Source: Clostridia bacterium (GTDB taxonomy: Bacteria > Bacillota > Clostridia > Oscillospirales > CAG-272). Taken from it: a DNA stretch of 64,000 bases. The stretch is from NCBI GenBank assembly GCA_017621755.1, contig JAGASL010000011.1, forward strand, positions 15,550-79,549, read 5' to 3'. Made by a program: the position numbers and the translations under genes. The notes beneath the pieces are model-generated. The model searched no databases, was not told the DNA's origin, and worked only from the letters and a program-made list of their open reading frames with translations. Positions 18,502-29,010 of the stretch are shown in pieces. The number at the start of each line of letters is the position of its first letter. Position 1 is the stretch's first letter.

Positions 18502-19000
18502 CCGTCGCCCTGTGCGCCGCCTGACGTATTCTTCCGTGCTGCTGGCGCTTGCCTTGCTGCTTTCCTACGTAGAGAGCCTGGTGCCCCTGCCGCTTGCTTT
18601 GCCGGGGGTCAAGCTGGGGCTGCCGAACGTAGCCATTATGCTGGCTTGTCTGCACGTTGGCCGTGCGGCCGGCGCTGCCGTTTCCTTTTTGCGGGTGCTG
18701 CTGGTGGCGCTTCTGTTTGGCTCGGCTGCCTCGTTTTTATTCGCGTTTTTTGGCGCGCTTTTGGCGTATACCGTTCTTTGGCTTCTTGGGCGCTCACCGC
18801 GCCTTGGGCGTGTCGGCCTTTCGGTTGCCTGCGCGGCGGCGCACGGTGTTGGGCAGATCTTAGCCGGTGTGCTGCTTTATGGCATAGCCGTTGTTTTCTA
18901 TTTGCCGTTTTTACTGCTGGCCGCCTTGCCCTTTGGCGCGATATGCGGCGCACTACTATACGCCTGTGAAAGACTGTTGCCACCCTTGAGGTTGTTATGA
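18485..19000 (+). CDS. Gx transporter family protein (heptaprenyl diphosphate synthase component I-like membrane protein)
   Basis: LLLSYVESLVPLPLALPGVKLGLPNVAIMLA is the family signature region. The protein is polytopic and its gene overlaps the upstream gene by 17 nt. Confidence 0.8.
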   Translation: MPLPVNRRPVRRLTYSSVLLALALLLSYVESLVPLPLALPGVKLGLPNVAIMLACLHVGRAAGAAVSFLRVLLVALLFGSAASFLFAFFGALLAYTVLWLLGRSPRLGRVGLSVACAAAHGVGQILAGVLLYGIAVVFYLPFLLLAALPFGAICGALLYACERLLPPLRLL

Positions 19001-19986
19001 AGCTACGTTTTTTTTCCTTGCTCTTGCTGCTTGCGCTGCTGCTTTCTTCCTGCGGCACACAAACGCATATGGCCGTGTTTTACAACAAAATGAGCACCGA
19101 CGTGGCTGTTACGCTCTATTCGAATGGTCAAACTCACACCGGCAAAGAGCTGCTGCGGGCATGTGAAGAGCTGCTTGACCAGGCAGAGACGGTCTTTTCT
19201 CGCACCGCCCCGACCGCCGAGCTGGCAATGCTGAACGCAGAGGGGGCGGAAACGGTTGCTGTATCACCGGAATTAGGGGCCTTGCTTGCCCGATCACTTT
19301 CGCTTGCTGAAGAGACCGGGGGGCTCTTTGACCCCACCGCCGGCATTCTTTCAGACCTTTACGATATCACCGGCACCTCCCCGCTGCCTACGGCAGGGGA
19401 GATTGCAGCCGCCTTGCCCTTGACCGGCTACACCGGGGTGGCGCTTGCAGACGGGAAAGTCAGCCGTACGCCCGGCGTGGTGTTAGATCTTGGTGCCATT
19501 GCCAAGGGCTACCTGGCCGAGCAGCTTGTCTGCCTGCTTACCGAAGCGGGCGTTAGCGGTGGCGTGCTCTCGCTCGGTGGCAACGTGGCCGTTTTTGGCA
19601 AGAAAAAAGATGGCAGCGCTTTTCGCGTGGCCATTCGTTCCCCCCATGATGAGGGGGGCACGCTTGGCGTTTTGTCGATCAGCGGCACGGCCTATATCTC
19701 TACCTCCGGCGCCTACGAGCGCTACCGTGAGGATGAAGAGGGCAACCGCTACCACCACATTTTTGATATGCAGACCGGCCGCCCGGCCGAAAGCGATCTG
19801 CTATCGGTTACTGTCATTTCGCAGGACGGTGCCTTGGCAGACGCCTATTCTACGGCGCTGTTTGTCGGCGGCTATGAGCGGGCGCTGCAGCTTTGGCAGC
19901 AGGCCGGCGGTACATTTGAAATGCTTCTCGTTCGCGAGGGCGGCGAGATCTATACCACACCGGGGCTTTCCTTTACCCCTGTGTAA
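18997..19986 (+). CDS. apbE: FAD:protein FMN transferase (ApbE family lipoprotein)
   Basis: ATGA start-stop overlap with the upstream gene. Lipobox LLSSCG. DLGAIAKGY and HHIFDMQTGRP are ApbE motifs. Confidence 0.9.
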   Translation: MKLRFFSLLLLLALLLSSCGTQTHMAVFYNKMSTDVAVTLYSNGQTHTGKELLRACEELLDQAETVFSRTAPTAELAMLNAEGAETVAVSPELGALLARSLSLAEETGGLFDPTAGILSDLYDITGTSPLPTAGEIAAALPLTGYTGVALADGKVSRTPGVVLDLGAIAKGYLAEQLVCLLTEAGVSGGVLSLGGNVAVFGKKKDGSAFRVAIRSPHDEGGTLGVLSISGTAYISTSGAYERYREDEEGNRYHHIFDMQTGRPAESDLLSVTVISQDGALADAYSTALFVGGYERALQLWQQAGGTFEMLLVREGGEIYTTPGLSFTPV

Positions 19987-19998
19987 GAAAGGATTGGC

Positions 19999-21396
19999 AT
20001 GAATATACAAGAAAACGAGCAGCTGCAGGCCTGCTTGCAAAAGGTAAAGCAAAAAAATATGCGCGATGCCGAAAACGGCAAGCAGCGCTACGTGTATATA
20101 CAGACCTTTGGCTGCCAGCAAAACGAGGCAGACGGCGAAAAGCTGCGCGGCATGGCCGAGGAGATGGGCTATCGCTACACCACCGATGCCGAGCAAGCAG
20201 ACTTGATCCTGCTGAACACCTGCGCCGTGCGCGAGCATGCCGAGCTGAAGGCGCTTTCCATCATTGGCAACTGTAAGCACCTACGCGAAAAGAACCCGGA
20301 GCTGATTGTGGGTGTGTGCGGCTGCATGACCGCCCAGCAAAAGCGGGTAGAACAGTTAAAAAAGGGGTATCCTTACGTTACCTTCACCTTAGAGCCGGCC
20401 TCGCTTCACCTCTTGCCCGTGGCGCTTTGCCGCGTGATGGAGGAGCACCGCCGCCGCTTCTTTTTAGGGGATGACGATGGTGAGGCCGCCGAGGGCGTGC
20501 CGATCACCCGCACGCACCCGCACCGTGCCTACGTGAGCATCATGTACGGCTGCAACAATTTCTGCACCTATTGCATCGTGCCCTACGTGCGTGGGCGTGA
20601 GCGTAGCCGCGAAAGCGAGCGCGTGATCGCCGAGGTGCGGGAGCTGGTAGCATCCGGCTGCCGCGATATTACCCTGCTGGGGCAAAACGTCAATTCCTAC
20701 AAAAGCGATTGTGATTTTGCCGGCCTGCTTGCGCGCCTGTGCGAGATACCGGGCGATTTTCTACTTCGCTTTATGACCAGCCACCCAAAGGACGTTTCTG
20801 ACCGGCTGATCGAGGTGATGGCCAAATACCCGCACCGCATGGCACCGCACTTCCACCTGCCGCTGCAATCGGGCAGCGACCGTATTCTTTCCGCCATGAA
20901 CCGCCGTTATACCGTCGCGCACTACCTTGGCATTGTAGACAAGCTGCGTGCCGCCATGCCGGATATCACGCTTACCTCGGATATCATCGTAGGCTTTCCC
21001 GGCGAAACGGAGGAGGATTTTGCCGCTACGCTGGACGCTTTGCGCCGCGTGCGCTTTGATATGGTCTACTCCTTCCTCTATTCGCCGCGCAGCGGTACCC
21101 CCGCCGCGGAAAGGGAAGAGCGCTTTGTGCCTGACGAGGTAAAGAGCGAGCGCTTTGCCCGCCTGCTTGCCCTGCAGGATGAGATCGCGCTGGCGGCTAA
21201 CCGCCGCTACGAGGGCAAGACCGAGCGCGTGCTGACCGATTCGATCAGCCGTGGCGACCGGAATATGTACAGCGGCCGCACCGCCTCAGGCAAGCTGGTG
21301 CATTACCCAGCAGAGGGTGAAGTGATCGGGCAATTTGTGCATGTGAAGATCGAGCGTGCCGACCCCTATGCCCTGCACGGCGTGATCGTAGAATAA
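19999..21396 (+). CDS. miaB: tRNA-i6A37 methylthiotransferase MiaB (radical SAM)
   Basis: The UPF0004 N-domain has YIQTFGCQQNEADGE. The radical SAM motif is GCNNFCTYCIVPYVRG. A C-terminal TRAM domain is present. Confidence 0.93.
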   Translation: MNIQENEQLQACLQKVKQKNMRDAENGKQRYVYIQTFGCQQNEADGEKLRGMAEEMGYRYTTDAEQADLILLNTCAVREHAELKALSIIGNCKHLREKNPELIVGVCGCMTAQQKRVEQLKKGYPYVTFTLEPASLHLLPVALCRVMEEHRRRFFLGDDDGEAAEGVPITRTHPHRAYVSIMYGCNNFCTYCIVPYVRGRERSRESERVIAEVRELVASGCRDITLLGQNVNSYKSDCDFAGLLARLCEIPGDFLLRFMTSHPKDVSDRLIEVMAKYPHRMAPHFHLPLQSGSDRILSAMNRRYTVAHYLGIVDKLRAAMPDITLTSDIIVGFPGETEEDFAATLDALRRVRFDMVYSFLYSPRSGTPAAEREERFVPDEVKSERFARLLALQDEIALAANRRYEGKTERVLTDSISRGDRNMYSGRTASGKLVHYPAEGEVIGQFVHVKIERADPYALHGVIVE

Positions 21397-21444
21397 AAAT
21401 TTTTTTGAAAAAACTTTGAAGAAACAAGAAAGGAAATAGATATC

Positions 21445-21837
21445 ATGACTGTAATTGAACTTGCAAAGGCCCTGGGAGAGGGCATTAAAAATGACGAGGT
21501 GCTTCTTGCCTATGATGCGGCCAAGGCCGCCTTTGAGGCAGACGAGGCGCTGACTGCTAAGATGAACGAATACAATACTGACCGCACCTGCCTTGCCGAG
21601 GAATTCAACAAGGATCTGGCTATGCAGGATAAGGACGTGATCGAAAGCCTGAAGGCCAAAATGGACGAGCTGGCGCGCGAGATCAACGGCAACGAGAATT
21701 ATACCCGCTTTGCCGCCGCGCAGCAGGCTGTCAATGATCTGATGAAGCGTATCAACGAAACCATCTCCTTCTACGCCTTTGGCGTACAGCCCTCCTCCTG
21801 CACGCACGATTGCTCTACCTGCGCCGGCTGCCACTAA
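21445..21837 (+). CDS. YlbF/YmcA family protein (occupies the ymcA position between miaB and mutS) with a Cys-rich C-terminal tail
   Basis: A helical ~130-aa protein. Its position matches B. subtilis ymcB(miaB)-ymcA-...-mutS-mutL. The tail is CTHDCSTCAGCH. Confidence 0.7.
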   Translation: MTVIELAKALGEGIKNDEVLLAYDAAKAAFEADEALTAKMNEYNTDRTCLAEEFNKDLAMQDKDVIESLKAKMDELAREINGNENYTRFAAAQQAVNDLMKRINETISFYAFGVQPSSCTHDCSTCAGCH

Positions 21838-21863
21838 TCTAACCCGAAACGGAGAAAAAATCA

Positions 21864-24515
21864 ATGGCTGAATTGGTCACAGATGCCTCTACCTTAGCTG
21901 TGGTCACACCGATGATGCAGCAGTATCTGGATATCAAGGCGCAGTATGCCGATTATATCCTGATGTACCGCCTCGGTGATTTTTTTGAAATGTTCTTTGC
22001 GGATGCCGTTACCGTCTCGCGCGAGCTGGAGCTGACGCTCACAGGGCGCGATTGCGGCGGCGAGCGCCGCGCCGCCATGTGCGGCGTGCCCTTTCATAAG
22101 GCCGATCTGTATATTGGCAAGCTGGTCGAGCGTGGGCACAAGGTTGCCGTGTGCGAGCAGACCGAGGACCCCGCCCAGGCCAAGGGTCTTGTCCGGCGCG
22201 AGATCGTGCGCGTGGTCACACCCGGCACGATTACCGATGGCAGCCTGCTGTCCGATGCGCAGAACAATTACCTGGCCGCCCTGTGCTATGCCGACCATGG
22301 CGTAGGCGTTGGCTTTGCCGATATTTCCACCGGCCAGATCATGGTCACGGTGCTGGAGGGGAATGACGTTCTTGCGCGCCTTGAAAACGAGCTGGGCATT
22401 TACGCCCCGCGCGAGGTGATCTTGAATGTCTCTCGCGCCACCTGCCCAGAGATTGCCGGCTTTCTTTCCTCGCGCTTTGAGACCCTGCTGACCGACAACC
22501 GCGCTGACCTGTTTGACGAGCTTTCTGCCCGCATGCTGATTGAGGGGCAGGGCGGCGGTTATGGTGAGCGCCTGACCGATGTGACCGCCCTGCGCGCCGT
22601 GGGCGCGCTGCTGGCCTATATTCGCGAAACGCAAAAATGCGCTGACTCCTTCGTTAAGGAGATCACCGTATATACCGATGGCCAGGCCATGGAGATCGAT
22701 ACCAGCACCCGCCGCAATCTGGAGCTGGTGGAATCCATGCGCAATAAGGAAAAGAAGGGCTCGCTGCTTTGGGTGCTGGATAAGACAGAAACGGCCATGG
22801 GCGCCCGTATGTTGCGCGCCTGGCTGCTAAAGCCGCTTCTCAACCCCGTGACCATTACGGCGCGGCAGGAGGCGGTAGGCGAATTCCTTTCCGACTATAT
22901 GGCGCGCCAGGAAATGCGCGAGCTGCTTTCTCACGTGCTGGATTTAGAGCGCCTGACCGCCAAGGCGGTGTATGGCACCGCCAACGCCAAGGATCTGCGC
23001 GCGATCGGGCAGAGCCTTGCCATGCTGCCTGCGCTGCGCGAGCATCTGCAGGGCTTTTCAGCGCCTATTTTGCGCGATCTGTATGAAAACCAGGATATGC
23101 TGACCGACCTGTGCGACCTGCTGGAGGCCGCCCTGCCGGAGGATCCGCCCTTTTCGCTGCGCGATGGCGGCATCATTCGTGACGGCTACGATCAGGACGT
23201 GGATTATCTGCGCTCTGTGATGCAGAATGGCAAGGGCTGGATCGAGGAGATCGAGGTCAAGGAGCGTGAGGCCACCGGCATCAAGACCATGCACGTGGGC
23301 TATAACAAGGTCTTTGGCTACTATATCGAGGTCTCGAAATCGCAGATCTCGCAGGTGCCGGATCGCTACATACGCAAGCAAACGCTGGCCAACTGCGAGC
23401 GCTACATTACGCAAGAGCTGAAGGATATGGAATCGACCATTCTCGGCGCAGCCGATAAGCTGACCGCCTTAGAGTTCTCGATCTTCACCCGTATTCGTGA
23501 AACGGTCGCCGCTGCCGCTGCCCGCATTCAGCTGGCCGCCTCAGAGATCGCTTCGCTTGATGTATACCTTTCTCTGGCCGAGGTCGCCTCGAAAAACAAC
23601 TACGTGTGCCCGGAGGTGGATCTTTCGGATGCGCTGGTGATCGAGGAGGGGCGCCACCCGGTAGTGGAAAAATTCGTCTCTGACAGCTATTTCGTACCAA
23701 ACGATACCAAAATGGATACCGGCAAAAACCGCCTGCTGCTGATCACAGGCCCCAATATGGCCGGTAAATCCACCTATATGCGCCAGGTCGCCCTGATGGC
23801 GGTCATGGCACAGATCGGCTCCTACGTGCCGGCCAAAAGCGCCCATATCGGCATTGTGGATAAGCTGTTTACCCGCGTGGGTGCTTCGGATGACCTGGCC
23901 TCTGGCCAGTCGACCTTTATGCTGGAAATGAACGAGGTTGCCAATATTCTGAAAAAGGCCACCCCTCGCTCGCTGATCGTATACGATGAGGTAGGGCGGG
24001 GCACCAGCACCTTTGACGGAATGAGCATTGCCCGTGCCGTGGCTGAATATACGCTTAGCAAAAAGATCGGCGCACGAACCCTGTTTGCCACGCACTACCA
24101 CGAGCTGACCTCACTTGAGGACGAGTTTGAGGGTGTTGTGAACTATAACGTGGCCGCCAAAAAGCATGGCGATAGCATTACCTTTTTACGCAAGATCGTG
24201 CGTGGCGCGACCGACGATAGCTACGGCATCGAGGTAGCAAAGCTGGCCGGCGTGCCGAACGAGGTCGTTCGCCGTGCCCGTCAGATCTTAGACAGTATTG
24301 AAAACGGCACCGCCATTGAGGCAAAGCCGATCGCCCGCACGGTGAAGGAGAAGGCACCGGCCATGCCGGATATGCTGACCTCACTTGCCGACCAGGAGGC
24401 GCGCGAGGCGGCTGAAAAAATTCGCCGCGTTGACCTTAACACCATGACCCCCATCGAGGCCATGAACTTTGTTTTCGAGCTGAAAAAGCTCGTTTCTACC
24501 GACCCGAACGCATAG
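21864..24515 (+). CDS. mutS: DNA mismatch repair protein MutS
   Basis: TPMMQQYLDIKAQY and FFEMFF are present. Walker A is GPNMAGKSTYMRQ. STFMLEM and DEVGRGTSTFDG are also present. Confidence 0.97.
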   Translation: MAELVTDASTLAVVTPMMQQYLDIKAQYADYILMYRLGDFFEMFFADAVTVSRELELTLTGRDCGGERRAAMCGVPFHKADLYIGKLVERGHKVAVCEQTEDPAQAKGLVRREIVRVVTPGTITDGSLLSDAQNNYLAALCYADHGVGVGFADISTGQIMVTVLEGNDVLARLENELGIYAPREVILNVSRATCPEIAGFLSSRFETLLTDNRADLFDELSARMLIEGQGGGYGERLTDVTALRAVGALLAYIRETQKCADSFVKEITVYTDGQAMEIDTSTRRNLELVESMRNKEKKGSLLWVLDKTETAMGARMLRAWLLKPLLNPVTITARQEAVGEFLSDYMARQEMRELLSHVLDLERLTAKAVYGTANAKDLRAIGQSLAMLPALREHLQGFSAPILRDLYENQDMLTDLCDLLEAALPEDPPFSLRDGGIIRDGYDQDVDYLRSVMQNGKGWIEEIEVKEREATGIKTMHVGYNKVFGYYIEVSKSQISQVPDRYIRKQTLANCERYITQELKDMESTILGAADKLTALEFSIFTRIRETVAAAAARIQLAASEIASLDVYLSLAEVASKNNYVCPEVDLSDALVIEEGRHPVVEKFVSDSYFVPNDTKMDTGKNRLLLITGPNMAGKSTYMRQVALMAVMAQIGSYVPAKSAHIGIVDKLFTRVGASDDLASGQSTFMLEMNEVANILKKATPRSLIVYDEVGRGTSTFDGMSIARAVAEYTLSKKIGARTLFATHYHELTSLEDEFEGVVNYNVAAKKHGDSITFLRKIVRGATDDSYGIEVAKLAGVPNEVVRRARQILDSIENGTAIEAKPIARTVKEKAPAMPDMLTSLADQEAREAAEKIRRVDLNTMTPIEAMNFVFELKKLVSTDPNA

Positions 24516-24572
24516 CCATAAGAGAGCCTTATGTGTTCGACTCTTTTATGGTTAAAGAAAGGATAAACGGCA

Positions 24573-26639
24573 ATGGGAAATATTCATGTTCTGAGCTTTG
24601 AGCTTGCGAACCTGATCGCCGCCGGCGAGGTGGTCGATCGCCCTGCCTCTGTGCTCAAGGAGCTGCTTGAAAACGCCATTGATGCCGGTGCCACCCGCAT
24701 CACGGCCGAGATCAAGCGCGGCGGTGTTTCGCTGATCCGCGTTTCGGATAACGGCTGCGGCATCGCGGCAGAGGATCTGCCCGTGGCGGTGCGCCGCCAT
24801 GCCACCAGCAAGATCCGCGAGGCGGGGGATCTTGATGCTATTGCCACGCTCGGCTTTCGCGGTGAGGCGCTGGCTGCCATTGCCGCCGTTTCCGAGTTGC
24901 GTATCATGACCAAAACGCGCGAGGCCGAGGCCGGCACCATGCTGACCTCACTTGGTGGCACCGTGACCGATATTTCTGAGGTCGGCACGGCAGACGGTAC
25001 CACCGTGGTGGTAGAAAACCTGTTTGCCAACGTGCCCGCACGGCGCAAATTTCTGAAAAAGGATGCCACCGAGACCATGGCCTCGGCTGCCGTGGTAGAA
25101 AAGGTGGCTATGTCACGCCCGGATATCGCCTTCGAGCTGATTACCGATGGCTCGACCCGCTTCAAGACCGCGGGGGATGGGCAGCTGCGCAATGCGCTGT
25201 ATGCCATTCTTGGGCGGGATTTTGCCCACCGTCTGCTTCCTGTAAAACGGGGTGTGCAGGGCATCGGCGTTGGTGGCTTTATCGGCACCTCGGATAACGT
25301 GCGCAATAACCGCAACCACCAGAACATCTTTATCAACGGCCGCTACGTCAAGAGCAAGACCGTGATGGCAGCTCTTGAAAAGGCCTATACCTCGTATATA
25401 GCGCCGGAGCGGTTTCCCGTTTGCGCCCTGTTTTTAACCGTGCAGCCCAGCACGGTAGACGTGAACGTGCACCCCGCGAAGTTAGAGGTCAAGTTCTCAG
25501 ACGAGCGTGTGATCTTTGAGGCGGTGTATTACGCCGTTCGCTCAGCGTTAGAGGAAAACGTCAGCCGCCCGGAATTAGAATTACAGACGAAAAAGCAAAG
25601 CAAAAACCCGCTTTCTGCCTTTGTGCCGGTAGGGGATACCACCCGTGCCGAGCAGCTTTCGGCTACGCGGCCGCTGTTTTCTAACGTAGAACGGCCGGCC
25701 CCCGTGCAGCCACCCGTTTCGCAAGCGACCGTGCGGCCTGCCCCTGCGGCACCGGCACCGGGGCGCGTTACCTCGGTCAGCGAGGCGCTTGGCCATTTGC
25801 GTGATTTCCGCATGGAAAGTGAGAGTGGCGCGAAAAAGCCGCTTACACCGCCTACACCGGCCTTTGCTTCACCCTCCCAGCTGGGCGAGGAGGAGCCTGT
25901 GTCGCCCACACCGGCAGCCGCTGCAGAGATCGACGAGACGCCGCTTGCCGCCTACAGACAAGTGCCTGAGGGGGCAGCACCCGTTGCCGCACCCGCTGCC
26001 ACGCCTGCACCGGCCACAACCGCAGAGGAAACGCCCTTTACAAGCGAGCAGGATTATCGTATCGTGGGCGAGGCCTTCCGCTGCTACGTGCTGGTTGAAC
26101 GGGGAGATGAGCTGCTGCTGATCGATAAGCACGCCGCGCACGAGCGCATTTTGTTTGAGGAGCTGCTTTCACGGCAGAAGCAGGATGGGCGCGTTGGCTC
26201 GCAATGCCTGATGCTGCCGCTGCGCGTGCTGCTTTCAGACGAGGAGCTGGCAGCAGCTGAAGAATACCGTGCCGAGCTGGAGGGTGTTGGTTTTGCCTTT
26301 ACGCTGGATCACGCTGCCCATGCCGCCTCGCTTTCCGAGGTGCCGGATGCCATTGCCATGCCGGATGCTGAGGAGCTGTTTGCCCGCATGGCGGCCGAAC
26401 TGGCTGAGGGTGCCGGCAACCCCACCGTAACCGAAGAAAAGCGGCGCGAGCGCGCGCTATACCAGGTAGCCTGCAAGGCCGCCATCAAGGGGGGCCGCCA
26501 GTATGGCGAGGCGCAGATCGCTTGGCTGGTTGCGCGTGTAATGGCCATGCCTGACGTAACCGTTTGCCCGCATGGCAGGCCGATCGCCATTCGCCTGACC
26601 AAGCATTATTTAGATCGAGAATTTAACCGCATTATGTGA
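24573..26639 (+). CDS. mutL: DNA mismatch repair protein MutL
   Basis: The GHKL ATPase N-terminus has LIAAGEVVDRPASVLKELLENAIDAG, DNGCGI and LGFRGEAL. The C-terminal dimerisation domain has DKHAAHERI. A long Pro/Ala-rich linker joins them. Confidence 0.97.
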   Translation: MGNIHVLSFELANLIAAGEVVDRPASVLKELLENAIDAGATRITAEIKRGGVSLIRVSDNGCGIAAEDLPVAVRRHATSKIREAGDLDAIATLGFRGEALAAIAAVSELRIMTKTREAEAGTMLTSLGGTVTDISEVGTADGTTVVVENLFANVPARRKFLKKDATETMASAAVVEKVAMSRPDIAFELITDGSTRFKTAGDGQLRNALYAILGRDFAHRLLPVKRGVQGIGVGGFIGTSDNVRNNRNHQNIFINGRYVKSKTVMAALEKAYTSYIAPERFPVCALFLTVQPSTVDVNVHPAKLEVKFSDERVIFEAVYYAVRSALEENVSRPELELQTKKQSKNPLSAFVPVGDTTRAEQLSATRPLFSNVERPAPVQPPVSQATVRPAPAAPAPGRVTSVSEALGHLRDFRMESESGAKKPLTPPTPAFASPSQLGEEEPVSPTPAAAAEIDETPLAAYRQVPEGAAPVAAPAATPAPATTAEETPFTSEQDYRIVGEAFRCYVLVERGDELLLIDKHAAHERILFEELLSRQKQDGRVGSQCLMLPLRVLLSDEELAAAEEYRAELEGVGFAFTLDHAAHAASLSEVPDAIAMPDAEELFARMAAELAEGAGNPTVTEEKRRERALYQVACKAAIKGGRQYGEAQIAWLVARVMAMPDVTVCPHGRPIAIRLTKHYLDREFNRIM

Positions 26640-26646
26640 GGATATT

Positions 26647-27783
26647 ATGTTCAAAGTACTGAAAACAGAAGGAAAGGCTCGCCGTGGCGTGATGGAGACC
26701 GTACACGGCACCATACAGACCCCCGTTTTTATGAACGTGGGCACCAGCGCCGCGATCAAGGGTGGCGTTTCCACCATGGATCTGCGTGATGTGAATTGCC
26801 AGGTAGAGCTTTCCAATACCTACCACCTGCACATTCGCCCAGGTGACGATCTGATCTACCGCATGGGTGGCTTACATAAGTTCTTTAATTGGGATAAGCC
26901 TATTCTGACCGATAGCGGCGGCTTTCAGGTCTTTTCGCTGGCTAAGCTGCGCAAGATTACCGAGGAGGGCGTGACCTTCAATTCCCACATGGATGGTAAG
27001 CGAATTTTTATGGGGCCAGAGGAGAGCATGCGTATTCAGTCACACCTTGGCTCTACTATTGCCATGGCCTTTGACGAGTGTGTGGAAAACCCCGCCACCT
27101 ACAAATACGTGCGCCGCTCGATCGACCGTACCTACCGCTGGCTGGTACGCTGCCGCGAAGAGCTGGATCGCCTGAATGCCCAGCCGGATACCGTAAACCC
27201 GAACCAGATGCTGTTTGGCATCAACCAGGGCAGCACCTATGCCGATCTGCGTATCGAGCATATGCAGCAGATCGCTACCGTGCCGTGTGATGGCTATGCC
27301 ATCGGCGGCCTTGCCGTTGGTGAGACGGCAGAGGAGATGTATGAGACCATCGAGGCAGTAGAGCCGCACATGCCGGTGGATAAGCCCCGTTATCTGATGG
27401 GGGTTGGCACACCGCAAAATATCCTCGAAGCTGTTTATCGCGGCGTTGACTTCTTTGATTGCGTAATGCCCAGCCGCAACGCGCGGCACGGCAACCTCTT
27501 CACCTGGGAGGGGAAGCTGAATATCAATAACGAAAAATACTTTGCCGACCCGCGCCCCATCTCGGCGCGTTGTCAATGCCCGGCCTGTCGCCATTACAGC
27601 CGCTCGTATATTCGCCACCTGTTTAAGGCGCGCGAGGCGCTTGGCATGCGCCTGTGTGTACTGCACAACCTGTATTTCTACAACGAGCTGATGCAGCACA
27701 TTCGTGACGCGCTGGATAACGGCTGCTACGAGCAGTTCTACCATGCGCACGTCAATCTCTTGGCTGAGCGTGTAGACGATTGA
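26647..27783 (+). CDS. tgt: queuine tRNA-ribosyltransferase (tRNA-guanine transglycosylase)
   Basis: TPVFMNVGT, LTDSGGFQVFSL, AFDEC and the zinc site CQCPACRHYSRSYIRHL are present. Confidence 0.96.
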   Translation: MFKVLKTEGKARRGVMETVHGTIQTPVFMNVGTSAAIKGGVSTMDLRDVNCQVELSNTYHLHIRPGDDLIYRMGGLHKFFNWDKPILTDSGGFQVFSLAKLRKITEEGVTFNSHMDGKRIFMGPEESMRIQSHLGSTIAMAFDECVENPATYKYVRRSIDRTYRWLVRCREELDRLNAQPDTVNPNQMLFGINQGSTYADLRIEHMQQIATVPCDGYAIGGLAVGETAEEMYETIEAVEPHMPVDKPRYLMGVGTPQNILEAVYRGVDFFDCVMPSRNARHGNLFTWEGKLNINNEKYFADPRPISARCQCPACRHYSRSYIRHLFKAREALGMRLCVLHNLYFYNELMQHIRDALDNGCYEQFYHAHVNLLAERVDD

Positions 27784-27808
27784 TTTTGAATAAGTGAGGT
27801 GCGGTGTC

Positions 27809-29008
27809 ATGCATATCATTGAAGAGCACATCAAGACCGAGGTTGTGGATACCTATGACGTGATCGTTTGCGGTGGCGGCTTTGGCGGTATTTCCGCAGC
27901 GCTGGCCGCCGCCCGAGAGGGCAAAAAAACGCTTCTTCTTGAGCGTTTGTTTATGCTGGGGGGTCTTGGTACGGCCGGCATCGTTACCATCTACCTGCCG
28001 CTGTGCGACGGCCTTGGTCGCCAGGTCTCCTTCGGTATCGCCGAGGAGCTGTTCAAACTCTCGATTATCGACGGGGCAGAGGATCGCTACCCGGCCAACT
28101 GGCTGGATGGCGTAGGCACCCGCACCGAACAGGACCCACGCTACGAGGTGCAGTATAACGCGCAGCTGTTTGCCATCCATGCAGAGCGGCTGCTGCGTGA
28201 AAACGGCGTTGATATCCTGTACGGTACTACCGTGGTGGCGGCCAACGTACAGGACGGTAAGATCTGCCACTTAATGACCGAAAATAAGACCGGCCGCCAG
28301 GCCTATGCCGTTTCCGCCGTGGTAGATGCCACCGGCGATTGTGACGTAGCCAAGCTTTCCGGCGCGCCTACAGCCAATTTTGCGCAGGGCAACGTGCTGG
28401 CTGCCTGGTATTATGGGGCAGGGCAGAGCGGCTACCACCTGCATATGGTGGGCTGGGCCGATATCCCAGATGACGAAAAGACCGAAGAAAACCACGTACC
28501 GCTTCTGATGAACCGGCGCTTTGCCGGGCTGGATGCAAAAGAGGTATCGGATTTTATGCAGCTTTCGCATCAATCTACCTATAATCATTTCTTAGGTGAG
28601 AGAAGAAAGGATGCTACCGTACTTCCCGTTACCATGGCCACCACGCCCCAGCTGCGTATGACACGCCGCATACAAGGGGAATATACCCTGGCCAAGGAGG
28701 AAATGCACCAGTATTTTGAAGATTCGATCGGCATGATCGGGGATTGGATCAAGCGTGGCCCGGTTTACGAGGTGCCCTTCCGCACCCTGTATAGTGCCTG
28801 CGTGAAAAACCTGATCACCGCTGGGCGCTGCACCTCGGTCACCGATTCAATGTGGAACGTTATGCGCGTGATCCCGTGCTGCGCTGTAACAGGTCAGGCA
28901 GCCGGTACCGCTGCCGCCATGACTGATGATTTTTCTACCCTGAACGTGGCCGCGCTGCAGCAAAAGCTAAGGGCCGCAGGCGTTGTGCTTCATGAAAAGG
29001 AATTATAA
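27809..29008 (+). CDS. FAD-dependent oxidoreductase (FAD_oxidored-type; paralog of 47014-48273)
   Basis: The dinucleotide-binding N-terminus is DVIVCGGGFGGISAALAAAREG. The C-terminal part is AGRCTS...VTGQAAGTAAA. GAGGTG precedes ATG 27809. Confidence 0.75.
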   Translation: MHIIEEHIKTEVVDTYDVIVCGGGFGGISAALAAAREGKKTLLLERLFMLGGLGTAGIVTIYLPLCDGLGRQVSFGIAEELFKLSIIDGAEDRYPANWLDGVGTRTEQDPRYEVQYNAQLFAIHAERLLRENGVDILYGTTVVAANVQDGKICHLMTENKTGRQAYAVSAVVDATGDCDVAKLSGAPTANFAQGNVLAAWYYGAGQSGYHLHMVGWADIPDDEKTEENHVPLLMNRRFAGLDAKEVSDFMQLSHQSTYNHFLGERRKDATVLPVTMATTPQLRMTRRIQGEYTLAKEEMHQYFEDSIGMIGDWIKRGPVYEVPFRTLYSACVKNLITAGRCTSVTDSMWNVMRVIPCCAVTGQAAGTAAAMTDDFSTLNVAALQQKLRAAGVVLHEKEL

Positions 29009-29010
29009 AG

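Noticed and set aside
24516-24572. Hairpin CCATAAGAGAG...CTCTTTTATGG between mutS and mutL, considered as a terminator.
   Set aside because: It has no U-run, and mutL follows with its own RBS in the same orientation. It is more likely a neutral or mRNA-stability stem within a mutSL operon, and too weak to call.
25650-26030. Pro/Ala-rich low-complexity stretch inside mutL, considered as a possible insertion or separate gene.
   Set aside because: It is in frame and located exactly at the known flexible linker between the MutL ATPase and dimerisation domains. Length variation there is normal.
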